From contig NC_088854.1 in NCBI RefSeq assembly GCF_963853765.1, positions 186,001-250,000 of the forward strand: a stretch of 64,000 bases of DNA, given 5' to 3'. The DNA is from Magallana gigas (Eukaryota). How positions within the stretch are numbered: the first letter of the stretch is position 1; the number at the start of each line of letters is the position of its first letter. The notes under the pieces are model-generated. The model was not told where the DNA came from and did not search any database. It worked only from the letters and a program-made list of their open reading frames with translations. Below are positions 22,229 to 34,600 of the stretch, in pieces. A program made the position numbers and the translations under genes.

Positions 22229-25200
22229 ATGAAAGTATTTATTTGCTTTTTGCAGATCTCTTAAATGCATTGATTAAAATACACCTGTCGATATATTCAG
22301 AGAAGAAAACATCTTTCAGAATTTCCTCAGATTTTTTTCAAGTCATCTGTAGGAGTATGGCTTATAATTATACAGTGATTATCATTTCTTATAATCTTAA
22401 ATATAATTGTCTTTCAGAGAGTATTCAGTTTGAGTAACAAGACCTTTGGTGGCCAAGGAACAATCACATACAGTTGGCAAAAAGCCTTGGGGAACTACTT
22501 GGCAACTACAGGGTAATTTTTTCTGTTTTATGACAGTGTGATTATGTTTGTTCATGATAATTTTTTCTGAATCAAGTATGTATAAACTACCAATCAGGTG
22601 AATCTTGTATGACAATAATTTTGTGTCAAACCTTTTTAAACATGTTCAAGTATTTAATGTTTTCTTGTTTACATAGAATTGTAATGAAATTGGAGAAATA
22701 ATGATGAACCAGACCAGGATTCGAACCCAGGCCCCCCTGAAATTCTTGTTAGGTGCTCTTCCAACTGAGCTATCTGGTACTGGTATTTCAGTTGGTTTGA
22801 TTGTCAGATTCCTCCCCTCTTAAATGATCTTCCCCTTGAAGATTACCCCAGGGTCTTTCCTCTTGAAGGAGTTAATCTGTCACGTCAAGGGTTGTCTTGG
22901 AACTAAATGTAATGGGATTGGTGAAAAAATGAATGACCAAACTATGATTCAAACTCAGCTCCAGTGAATCTCTTGTCAGGTGCTCTACCAAATTAGCTAT
23001 CTGGCGCCAGTGTTCAAATCATCTGGTCTGTCATTATTTCTCCCATCCTGTAACACCTTGTGCCTATGTGGCAACCCCTTGAACTTGCAGCTAGGTTAAC
23101 TCCTGCCAGAGGAAAGGGCCTGGGTCAGACTGGTTCAAATGCCGGCACCAGATAGCTCAGTAGGTAGAGCACTTTACAAGGGATCTAGGGGACCTAGGCT
23201 CTAATTCTGGTCTGGTCCATCATTATTTCTCCAATCCCATTACAATTTTATGTACATGAAAATCATGGTTTAAAATATGATTAATTTTTTCAATCATTTA
23301 ACAGAATATTTTATTTGAAAAATGGTTTAGTTCAATGTTTATGTCATGTGGTATTGAAATTGATTATTAGGATATCCCTAAACATATGTCAAGGGCTGCT
23401 TTTAATACGTTGAACTTTGGAAATCAACCATGAGTTTGATACTTTTCAAATGAGAGTGAAAAAAGTGACATCATGATAAGTGTGAATAGCTCTGATCGCT
23501 TTATGATTTGATAATTGACACAATCTGACTCTGATTAATATCAGCTGTTTTGATACACTACAGCCCTTTAACATCTTAAGTAACCCATTTAGAGGTCATG
23601 TCCAAACAACTTTTTGATAAATTAATCAAATTGTGGCTGATGAAACTCTGCCAGAGAAAATGAGCTAATATAAACATGCATTCAAGGCTGCTGCCTTGTA
23701 GAAAAAAAGCCCTACCTTTAAAGAAAGCACATGCTTATGCAATTTGTAAAGTACGTGGTTTAACTCTATTTCTAATGCAAGAAGTATTGAATGCAGAATG
23801 ATTTGTTCACTGGCAGACACCCTGTTAGTTAATAAGCATATATAACCAAGAACAGTGGAGAAGAGTATATATTGATTTTCTCTCATTTACAGAGCTGACC
23901 ACATTGTCAGAATTTATGACAGACATGGGGAGATGAAGGAGGAAATTAGCTTACCAGGGTAAACTGTGTTCTGTTATATTATCATTATAATGCTCAGTTG
24001 TATCGATTTAGATAAACTATTGAAACAAACTGTAAGAATATTTTATTCCTGCAAAAGTTTGGAATGCCACAGCAGGAAGTGCCGGTAGTATTCATCATAA
24101 TATCATCATTGTACATTGAAATTATTGTCTTTTTAGTCTTAGACTTTGAAACTTTTACTAATAATGACCTTTACAGAATGTGCACTGGTATGGGCTGGGA
24201 CAGAGATGGAGATACACTGGCAGTCATCAATGACAAGAATGGAGTTGTCACCCTTTGGGATGCTAACACCATGAGAACCAGCCAACTGGATAGTGGGCTA
24301 AGGTACACAAGCTGAATTAATGGGTTTTTAACATGTTCAGTGATGTTGTGGTAGTAATCAGACATTTCATTAATGTAGTAATTTGAGTTGCCAATTTTTG
24401 TTAACATTATGAGCATGATGAGTGTGAAATAATTTATAGATGAGAAACATGGCCTTTTAATTCTGTGTTGTTTTCTTGTAGAGATCAGATGACCTTTCTC
24501 TTGTGGGCCAAGGCTGGTCCTTATCTAGCAATTGGAACCTTCAAAGGAAACCTTATGATCTATAATCATCAAACATCAAGGTGAAAATGTGCTAAGAATC
24601 TGTAGATTTAAACCTGAACCTCTCTTTACTTTAATAAGTATTTTTATAAGTGTATCATTATTTTCATTACTGATTATGCTTAATGGTTTTACAATAAACT
24701 AGAGGTTTAATTTCTATTTTGATTTATATTGCGTCAGATTATATAACAGTATAACTTGTCCGGATTGATACTGCAAACACGGTGTTTAGATGTGTTTTAT
24801 TTTGGTGTGTGACAGGAAGGTGCCGATCCTGGGGAAGCACACGCGGCGGATCACCAGTGGGTCGTGGAGTAATGAGAATCTGCTGGCCCTGGCCAGTGAT
24901 GACAACACCATCTCCATCAGTAATGTAGAAGGCGACACAATTCGACAGATCTCCGTCAGGGCCAACCCACAGAATGTCCAGTTCTCCGAGATGAAGGGCG
25001 ACGAGCGCAGTCAGATGGGAGAGAATACGGTAAACACTTCTCGTAATAAAGCATTAACAAACCCAGTGCCAAGAAATACAAGAGAAGAGAATACAGTATA
25101 CATTTTATTTCTCAAAACACAAAAGAATACAAATCCACTATTCTGAAATACATATACGAGTGGAGTACTGCCTATGTTCATAATATGTACAATTCTACTG

Positions 25201-28200
25201 CATGTAGTCAAAGTTAAATCTTCTTTTAATATGATAATTAAACTGACCAATTCACTAGTTGATTGGTTGATATAAGGGGTCTTTCACTAGTTGATTGGTT
25301 AATATAAGGGGTCTTTCATTAGCTGAAAACTTACTGGTTAATATGATGGAGCCTTGATTGACAGGTTAGTGTTGTCATTGGGAAAAAGACTCTGTTTCTG
25401 TACAACTTGAATGATCCAGAGAATCCCATTGAACTGGCGTTCCAGCAGAGATACGGCAACATCATCTCCTACAAATGGTATTCTTCTCTTTATTTTTCCT
25501 GAATGTCAATCTAAATATATTGTAGTTCAAAAATCCTGGCATAGAAAATTTCAGAATTGAAGCCCGTATCATGGGCATTAAAAAGTGAATTTGGTTTGCC
25601 AGTTTTTAACACATTACTTTTTTTAAGCTACAATTTTATTCTTTTGTTCATTAAAATGTTGAAAAGAAGGTAGATATAGATTAAACATTTCTAGTATCAT
25701 TCTGATCTCCTATTAAATAAATTAGAAAATTTTGTTAGATGTTCATGAGAGTTATCTTTACCTTCCAACATTTCTGTTAGATTAACAACGAGTTAACTTA
25801 ACCTTTGATTACTTCTGTAGGTATGGGGATGGATACATCATGATCGGATTTTCCCATGGTTACTTTGTCGTTATATCCACACATATGAAAGAAATAGGAC
25901 AGGTAACTTATATAAACTATTGCTGTAACCTGTTGTTAATGTATATACTGTACTATTGGTGTAATGTATTTTAATTTCAAAAGTGTTTCATTTTTATCCT
26001 GCATAATTTTAACTGCCAGATGTTAGTGAATGTCAAAATGGTAATTAAAAAATGAATGTTCACTTACTTATATAATATATGTAGTTGTGTTTAAAATAAA
26101 AGAATGAGATTTCAGATTTTTTTTATAAAGATCAATATTTATGAAAATCATTGAAAGAGGACATGAAAATTATTGCAGTAGTCTGAGGTTCATGCACATA
26201 ACTGCTGACTATAATTTGGATTCAAGTTTCTTTCTTTTGATATGAATAGATATCTTTAATTACACTTTGTAGGAACTGTTCCAAGCCCGGAACCATAAAG
26301 ACAATCTGACCTGTATCGCCATCTCTACGTCTCTCAACAAGGCCGCATCCTGTGGAGACAACTGGTAATACTGATACACACAATCCACAGTTAGCTCCAT
26401 GCTTATTAATTCTCTAAACTGTTATATGTGGTATTCAGTACTTATGCATGTTAAATTTAAAGTTCTATGAATAAGGCATGTGGAAAAAGTGTTTTCAATA
26501 GTATGAGTTGAAAATCAATCATTGAGATAATGAAGATTATTTAGATGTAATGTGTTATAAAAAAAAGTTTCAAAATGAATATATTTTCTGTTTATGAATT
26601 ACAAATGTTTATTTTAAGATTTACAAGGAATTTAATTGTGTGTTTCTATGACAGCATCAAGATCCATGACCTTTCTGACCTGAAAGAGATGTTTGCCATT
26701 ATCAACATGGAGGATGAGCGTGGCCTTGACGTTTTGAACTGGTCTGATGACGGACAGCTACTGGCAGTGTCCACACAGAAGGGGAACCTCCATGTGTACC
26801 TGACGCGCCTCCCCATGCTGGCCTCGGCCCACCAGACCCGCATAGCCCACCTGACCTCTCTTCTGGAGGTCACCATAGAGGACAATGTTCAGCAGGTACT
26901 GCTTATGATAGCTGTCACAAAGAACCAGGGATCACCAATGACGCTGCTATACACTGTTGTCATATATTTATAGAACCAGAGGTTGTTGACAAGAGCAATA
27001 TTTTGTAGTAACATTTTAATAGAACCAGAGGTCATTGATAAGAGCGATATACTGTGATAAAAAAAACTAAGAGGAAAACATGATGAGAATAAGAAAGAAA
27101 GAATATGTAGGCTACCTGTATAGACCTATCTATATGTTTGCTAACATTTATAGCTAAAGGAAGCACTTGTAGAATGTGTTGGAAGAAAGAGATGTCAGAA
27201 TATCCACATTATATGCCATTAGACTGCTTCTTGTTTGGTGTAGAAATCAAAATGTGCCCTCTTGTTTGGTGTAGAAATCAAAATGTGCTTTAGATCTATA
27301 CTTCAGACAATGTAAGAGGTAACTATATCATTTTTTCAGGACCAGCCATTGACCATTCCCATTGATGTGGAGCCCACATTTATAGGAATCGGACCGTTCC
27401 ACCTGGCCTGTGGAATGAACAACAGGGCCTGGTTCTATCTGCTGGGAGATGCAGGTGAAAATAACACTATCACACTGATGTTGCTATAAATAACATTTTT
27501 ACACTGATGATGCTGTAAATAACACTGTCACACTGATGTTGCTGTAAATAACACTGTCACACTAAGTAAGACTTACCACACTGATGTTGCTCTATAAACA
27601 CTGTCACTGATTTTGCTGTAAATAACTCTGTCACATAGTGTTGCTTTAAATGAATGTGTAACCGTAATTTTGCTTTAAATAACACTGTCACACTGATGCT
27701 GCCACAAATAACACAGTAACTATGATATTGCTCTAAATATCACTAAGACCAATATTGCTTAAAATAACATTGTCATGCTGATGTTCCTGTAAATAAAACT
27801 CTAACCCTAATGCTGCTCTAAATAGCAGTCACACTGATGTTGCTGTAAATATCACTGTAACCCTAACCCTGTAACCTTTATGTTGCTTTAAGTAACACTC
27901 TAACCCTAATGTTGCTGTAAATAACACTGTCACACTAATGTTGCTCTATAAACACTGTTAGTGATTTTGCTGTAAATAACAATGTAACACATATCACACT
28001 AATATTGCTTTGAAAATTAAAAAAACACTGAGTCTCACTGATGTTGCTCTATTAAACTCTGTCATATGGTGTTGCTCTAATTAAACCTGTAACCTTAATG
28101 TTGCTTTAAATAAAACTGTCACACAGATGTTGCTGTAGATATAACAGTTACTGTCACAGAGATGTTGCTGTAAATAACACTGTCACACTTAAAACATTGC

Positions 28201-29604
28201 GACACTGATGTTGCTGTAAATAATACTGGAACCATTTTAACATGACCTTGGACTTTCAGTAGGACGTAATTATCTATTTCTTGCGTCAAAACGAGATAAA
28301 AATGACGCTGGTTCAATCAAAATTTACACAGATTGCGAAGTCGTAGCTCAAAAGCCAGACAAATCTTGTTGATTTCAAAAGGCCATATCTGAGTGGCCAG
28401 CGATGAAATAGACAGATCTACGACACATTGCTGCTAACACAACTATCCAAAGTCCAAGCTCTTGTAAAAATGGTTCTATGACACTGTATTCCCTATGCCT
28501 TTGTTAATGTCAGTTGCACTTAGAACACAGTAATCAAATTGTTTCTGACAAAAACCAAACCTTTTAAAAATGATTGGGTTAGATACCACAATTTGTTTAT
28601 TTTGAATGAACAAAATTATGCATGGTCTTTATTTATTGTCAGCCATTTAAGCCTGTAGTGTTGATGTGTTTCGAAATGGTGACATGAATAGAGCGACTAT
28701 ATCAATTTGTTTTTTTATATGATGACAGGGATAGAGAGGTTAAAGGACAGGGAATACCTAGGGACGGTTAACCACATTTGTCTGAATGCCGACTACGCCG
28801 CTGTGGGCTTTGAGGGAAAAGTTCAGCTTCATATGGTGAGATCTACATGTATATCAGGAGAATCAGAAAATTGAATAAGTCTTCTTTTGTTTCTATTATA
28901 CAGGTAAATATATGTGTAAAGAACATGATTTCTGCCTGTTCTTTTACATTTTCCTTGTTATGACTAAGTACTTTGGTTTGATTGATAGATTGAGGGAGAG
29001 ACGGCGGGAACGACGGATGAGCGTGAGACTCGTTTGTTTCCTGACTCCAGTCAAGACGACTTCCGAATAACCTGTCATGATCTCACCAATGACTTCCTTA
29101 TCTATGGATCTGATGTAAAAAAAAAAATGAGACACTTGTACTTAAAGATTTAAAACTATGTTGTTTAAGTTCTAAGCATGTATACAAGCTTTTAATGAAT
29201 TGTTTTGAATTTGTACCAAACTCTACTATATTCTTGAAGCTCTAAATGAATACTGTAAACTAACTTTTATTCGCATGCGAGAAATTTTCGTGAGGTTAGC
29301 AAGAGCCTTGTCGTCGTGAATCTTTCTCACTGCAAACCAATCCTTTGTCTATAGCTTTTTTAACAATACAGGTCTATATAAGGCTTGGTCGCAAACAGTA
29401 GTCATCATGAACCAGTTTATCGGCAGTTAATCGCGAAATAAAGTCGCCGCAAATAAAAATTGGTTTACAGTGCATGCTAGTAGCTCTTAATGTTGTTAAT
29501 AATGGAATCATCTATTAATGGTCATGTTTTACTTCCAGAACGGTGGAATTACATACTTCTATGTGGAAGACTGGAATTTTGTGAATGAGTTCCGTCATGT
29601 TGTG
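22229..29604 (+). CDS. WDR19: WD repeat-containing protein 19 (IFT144), copy A, 14 exons (~516 codons), apparently 3'-truncated
   Basis: Phase-consistent GT-AG exons: 22229-22234, 22418-22512, 23893-23958, 24177-24302, 24482-24580, 24816-25029, 25365-25477, 25821-25902, 26273-26364, 26655-26895, 27340-27454, 28729-28835, 28989-29114, 29539-29604. Protein MKRVFSL..., [78 protein letters not shown] follows vertebrate WDR19. No later exons found before 42964. Confidence 0.92.
22680..23244. mobile_element. Palindromic element built from three tRNA-like modules, TGT...ACA ends
   Basis: Two minus-strand modules (~22700-22790, ~22930-23010) and one plus-strand module (~23143-23240) with A-box TAGCTCAGT(T/A)GG and B-box GGTTCGAATCC. 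Terminal inverted TGTAATG..ATTGGAGAAATAATGATG / CATCATTATTTCTCCAAT..CATTACA. Confidence 0.6.
27455..28225 (+). repeat. ~30-bp degenerate minisatellite starting at the WDR19 exon 11 donor
   Basis: Unit ACACTGATGTTGCTGTAAATAACACTGTC. The array begins at GATGCAG|GTGAAAATAACACTATCAC. Confidence 0.88.
28245..28460. mobile_element. Short-TIR non-autonomous DNA element (unclassified)
   Basis: CTTGGACTTT ... AAAGTCCAAG inverted ends. No TSD recognised. Confidence 0.4.
29253..29470. mobile_element. Tc1/mariner-type MITE in WDR19 intron 13
   Basis: TA|CTGTAAAC ... GTTTACAG|TG termini with GC-richer CGCGA-type interior. Confidence 0.6.
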
Positions 29605-30169
29605 GTATCGTGGTTACTGATCATATTAGAAAAACTAACTTTGAACGTGTTTTTCAAATCATGCATTCAAATTCTAAATATATTGAGCATCTCCACTCCA
29701 AAGAGGGTAAGATATGTGTACTTTTCACGTTATTAAACACCTTGAATTTGATTGAATTGGAAATAAATTGTCAATCAAGTTATGATCGTGGATACAATCC
29801 CGTGTAATGTTGATCGAGCCGGAGATTGTGCACGAATGTTCTAGCAGTACGAGCAAAACTACGATATTCTGAGAATAACAAAGTATCCATTGCTGATATT
29901 TTTACACTTTCGTGAAGGTAAAATGATCAATAACGTACAGGAAAGTGTTACTTACCGTTCAAAATTTCCCCCAGGTGCAACTCCAAATCGCCATTTTTTC
30001 GTGGAATTGATCATACGCGTATCACGTGGTCCGGCATCGTGAATGATTTTTAAAATATATAAAACAAAAGACAGTACTCTTCCGATTTATCGGTATTAAA
30101 GCCCAAAAATTCGAGTCTATTATTATAATATAGTAGTATAGATATTAAAGAAAAAAATTATTTCTTGTT

Positions 30170-30611
30170 TTCAAAAATGAAAATATTCTCCTTTTTTATA
30201 TTAATAAATTTTGCTTGAACTCCGTCTACAATATTTCTGATATTCGTAAAGGCAGAACTTATTATCTTATATTTACAAATAGATTTGCCTTTTTGTACAC
30301 TTTACCAATTTCATCACGTGACCTAAACCCATTATCAGTGAATAGTTCTTTAACATACGAAATGTTACTTTTATTCCAATTTTTAAAGAACATAGGTTTT
30401 CCATCAAATACAAAACGCCTTTTATTCAATATACTAGGCTCTTGTAAAATATCGTTTATATTCATACTTGATATGTCGGTAAAAAAATTTTTACATTGAT
30501 TGAAATACATAAACATATCTTTATAAAACAAAGGTAAGTTTTTAAACATTTCAAATTTAGGAAACTTAGCACAGTTCATTTTCAACATATATTCAAAATC
30601 TATGTTATTAC
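30170..30611 (-). pseudogene. L1/Tx1 LINE ORF2 fragment, distal part
   Basis: KSNNIDFEYMLKMN...LPLFYKD...QEPSILNKRRFVFDGKPMFFKNWNKSNISYVKEL, typical of the post-RT region of Tx1-like ORF2. Confidence 0.7.
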
Positions 30612-30688
30612 TTTTTAGACGGTGGCTCTAAATAGCCACAGTCCATTGCTACGGTCCTGGCCGGAAGAGTCTCACTGATGAATGTTGA

Positions 30689-31505
30689 TGTACTGACTAC
30701 CATCAAGGAAGAGTCAACTTGTTGCTAATGTACATCTTTATTCAGTCATTGTATAACTAGAATGATGATTTACGACATGATGACGTGACTTGATGTAATG
30801 ACACGTGATGTGACTAGATGTGATTAACTGGAAAAACAAAGAAAACATACATAAGTTTTGATGCTATGAATAAACAAACAAAACACTCAGCATATGACAA
30901 ATATCACTCTAGTAAATATATATGCCCCTGTTCTTGTAAACAATACTTTCACTTATATATATGCTCTAGTAAATTAGCAAATATTACGAAACTCGTACTA
31001 CTAGCAAATTACACAATTCAAAATGAATATATATGTACGCCTATGGTAGAGTGCACAAAACATCGCATCCAAACAATGAAACCTTAAATTCCGATATATC
31101 ATACAATAGAAACATGCTACGATGATACTTATAGCTTGAAATTTATATAACATTCTAGATATATACCTTGTGCCAACATTCTAACATGTTACTAAAAATA
31201 CATCTTCACAGTTGAACACTTTTGTTTACACATTTATATCTATCGTTTATACATAACTTTCTGCACAAAACAATACACAAGCAGATTTCATGTTAACTTA
31301 CCAACTTAGAAGTTTTCTCTCGTAGAAACAAACATAGTAAACATGGTAAATGTAAATGGTGTTCAGCACAGGGACTAGGAAAAAATCCAAACTGCTCGTT
31401 CCCCGCGAAAAATCCTAATAACAAAACCAAATCCGGAAATCCGGAATATTCTAAAATTCAAACTCAATCCGGAAAAATGTATATAATGTTAAATTGGCTA
31501 TAACA
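30689..31505 (-). repeat. 3' LTR (817 bp)
   Basis: About 6 substitutions and one 2-bp indel versus 37500-38318, counted by eye. Confidence 0.95.
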
Positions 31506-31674
31506 ATCCAGCCCCCTAATTGTGGAACATTATGTGACACAAGTATACAAATCATAATACTTGATATATAATCAAATTATACACATTGAAAAAGTACCCG
31601 TGTCAATAAAATATCATAGGTTGCCTTAGATAAGCAATAAATATGAAAAAGCACAATGAAAGTTTGATAACAAA

Positions 31675-34600
31675 TCACACAGAAGGTTCGTCCATTTCCA
31701 AAATAAGACACAGTTTATCTATTGGACGCATCAAAGTGTTCGTTGCTGTCTTTACTTTAACTTGTCGCACCAGTCTAAAACGATTGGGAACAGTCTCTAA
31801 AACCACACCCATGGGCCAGGAATTACGAGGAGAGTTCGAATCCACCACTAAAACCACATCACCGATTTTCAGGTTCATCTTCACTTCGTGCCACTTTTGA
31901 CGCTCTTGCAGTAATGGTAGGTATTCTTTCACCCATCGGTTCCAGAGGAGGTTGGCCATATATTGAACCTGCCTCCAACGACGTCTGCAGTAGTTGTCGG
32001 ATTTCGTAAACACACCTGACGGTAAATTTGGCTGTTGTCTCATTAACAAGAGATGATTTGGTGTCAAAGCCTCTAGGTCGTTGTGATGATCGGAATTCTT
32101 GGTTATTGGTCTGTCATTGAGAATGGCCTCTATTTCACACATAAGTGTATTGAGTCCTTCATCATCTAGGATCTGTTCTCGAAGAACACTGTTCATCACT
32201 TTTCTTATGGTCCTGATGATTCTCTCCCAGACACCTCCATGATGGGATCCTGCTGGGGGGTTGAACTGCCAATCTATGTTTTTCTGTAGCATTGCTTAAT
32301 GAATCTGTGACACATTCCAGTCGTTTATCGAGTTTCTAAGTTCACGATCAGCCCCAACAAAGTGTGTCCCATTGTCCGAGCGAATTTTCTTCACCTGACC
32401 TCTGCGTGCAATGAAACGACGTAAAGCGTTGATGTAGGAATCTGTAGTCAAAGAAGACGCAACTTCTAAATGCACAGCACGACTGGCAAGACAAGTAAAG
32501 ATAACACCATAACGTTTGACGTGACTTCTCTTCAATTTCACTTCAAAAGGACCAAAATAGTCCACGCCAACTCTAGTGAATGGTGGTTCATCAGGTATTA
32601 AACGATCCTCTGGTAATTGAGCCATTTTCTGTTCTCCAACTCTAGCTTTTTGGCGGCGACATACTATACACTTTGAAATCAACTTCCTGATAGAAGAAGG
32701 CGCATGTATTAACCAGTATTTTTGTCTTAATATAGAAAGCATATGATTTCTACCACTATGTTTCAGTTCACAATGGATCTGTCTCAATATCAGATTTGAC
32801 ACGTGGTGATCCTTAGGTAAGATGATTGGATGCTTGGTTTCTAACGGCATACTTGCTCTGTGCAATCGACCACCAACACGAATGAGTCCATCATCAAGAA
32901 TAGGGTCTAATTTTCTGACATTGCTACTAAGTTTCACAGGATGTCCTTTCTTCAGCTCTTCGATTTCTGATGCAAATGATTTTCTTTGAATGAATTTCAA
33001 AATAGCAACTTCAGCTTCCTGCAAGTCCTCAGCTGATAAACATGTCTCAGCTGCTTGATTTTCTAATTGTGTATTGCGTCGAGTTCTGAGAAACAGTTTT
33101 TTCTTTATTTTGAGAATCCATGCCACACTTTTCTTTAACTTGTACCATGAGTAATGATAGTTCAAGAGTCTTTCAACACTATCAACATGATTATCACAGG
33201 ATTCACGTGTATGAATAACTGCCCTCACTGTGACTTTTTTTACCTCTGGATCGTCAACAGGTATCTCATCAGAAAGTTCCATTGGTTTTTCAGTCCAACT
33301 ATCATTTTTTGCTAACAAGACTTCAGGTGCTGTTATCCAATGTTTTCCTTGAAGAATGTCATTAGCGGACATGCCTCTTGATGCAAGATCAGCAGGGTTT
33401 TGTTTGGTATTGATGTATCGCCATTCATCAGGTAAGGAACCTTCGTGAATCACTGCAAGTCTATTTGCGACGAAAGTGTGAAATCTAGATGAGGTATTTC
33501 TTATATACCGAATAACTGCCATGCTGTCTGTCCAAAACACAGTTTCATCTATAAGTACATCTAACTCGGACTTCAACATCTTATCTGTGCGAACTGCTAC
33601 TGTAGCCGCTGTCAATTCTAGTCGAGGAATTGTCGTCTGTTTTAATGGAGCGACACGTGACTTGCCTATAACGAATGATCAATGAACTGCACCATCAAAG
33701 TTCTCCTGTCTTAAATAGGATACAGTTCCATATCCACGTTCACTGGCATCTGCGAAGTGATGTAGCTGTGCGGACTTTATTTCTCCGAATCCAACAGGTT
33801 TATAACATCTTGACACTTTAATGTCAGAAAGTCTCTCTAGATCTTGTAGCCATTCATTCCACTGTTGTGCGAGATGTCCTGGTATCTTCTCATCCCATCC
33901 TAGCTGAAGTTTACAAAGTTCTTGTAGTAAACACTTTGCTTTTAAAGTGAACGGGGCCAAAAATCCCAGTGGGTCAAACACACTGCTCACCATGGATAAG
34001 ATACCTCTTCTCGTTAAGGGTTGATCTTTAATGTCCATCTTGAAACAAAAAACATCATTTTCAACACACCACTGAACTCCCAGGGCTCTATCGATGGGAA
34101 GGATATCATTTTCCAAATCCAAGTCTTTGACTTCCTTTGCTCTCCTTGAGACTGGAATATAGGTCATAACTTCCCGGCTATTACTAATCCATTTAGTAAT
34201 ATGAAATCCTCCTCTCATAAGAAGATCTTGCAAATCACACAACAGAGAAGATGCTTCAGTTACGGTTTTCACTGATTTCAAACAGTCATCCACATAAAAG
34301 TTTTTCAGAACAGTGTTGATGACTTCTGTGTTGTAAAGTCCTTTGTAATCTTGCGCTGTTTTCCTCAAAGCATAATTTGCACAACTTGGCGATGATGTTG
34401 CACCAAATAAATGTACTACCATTTGGTACTCAATTATGCGTTTTCTAGGATTTCCATCCTCCCACCATAGGAATCTAAGGAAACTTGCATCCTCCTGTGG
34501 TACTTTCGCTTGATAAAACATGCTATCGATGTCTCCCATGATCACTATCTAATCTTGTCTGAATCTTAAGAGTGTACCAATCAGAGTATTTGTGAGATTC

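Larger units (their letters stand above)
1..22582. repeat. Segmental duplicate or haplotype copy A (matches 44062-62063)
   Basis: Base 1 AAGAATAAACTATACCTGTAC recurs at 44062. Colinear near-identity continues through all shared exons and most introns to ...AATCAAGTATGTA (22582 / 62063). The offset changes from 44061 to 39481 through indels. Confidence 0.97.

Noticed and set aside
31506-31674. env-like third ORF
   Set aside because: Only ~170 bp lie between the pol stop and the 3' LTR.
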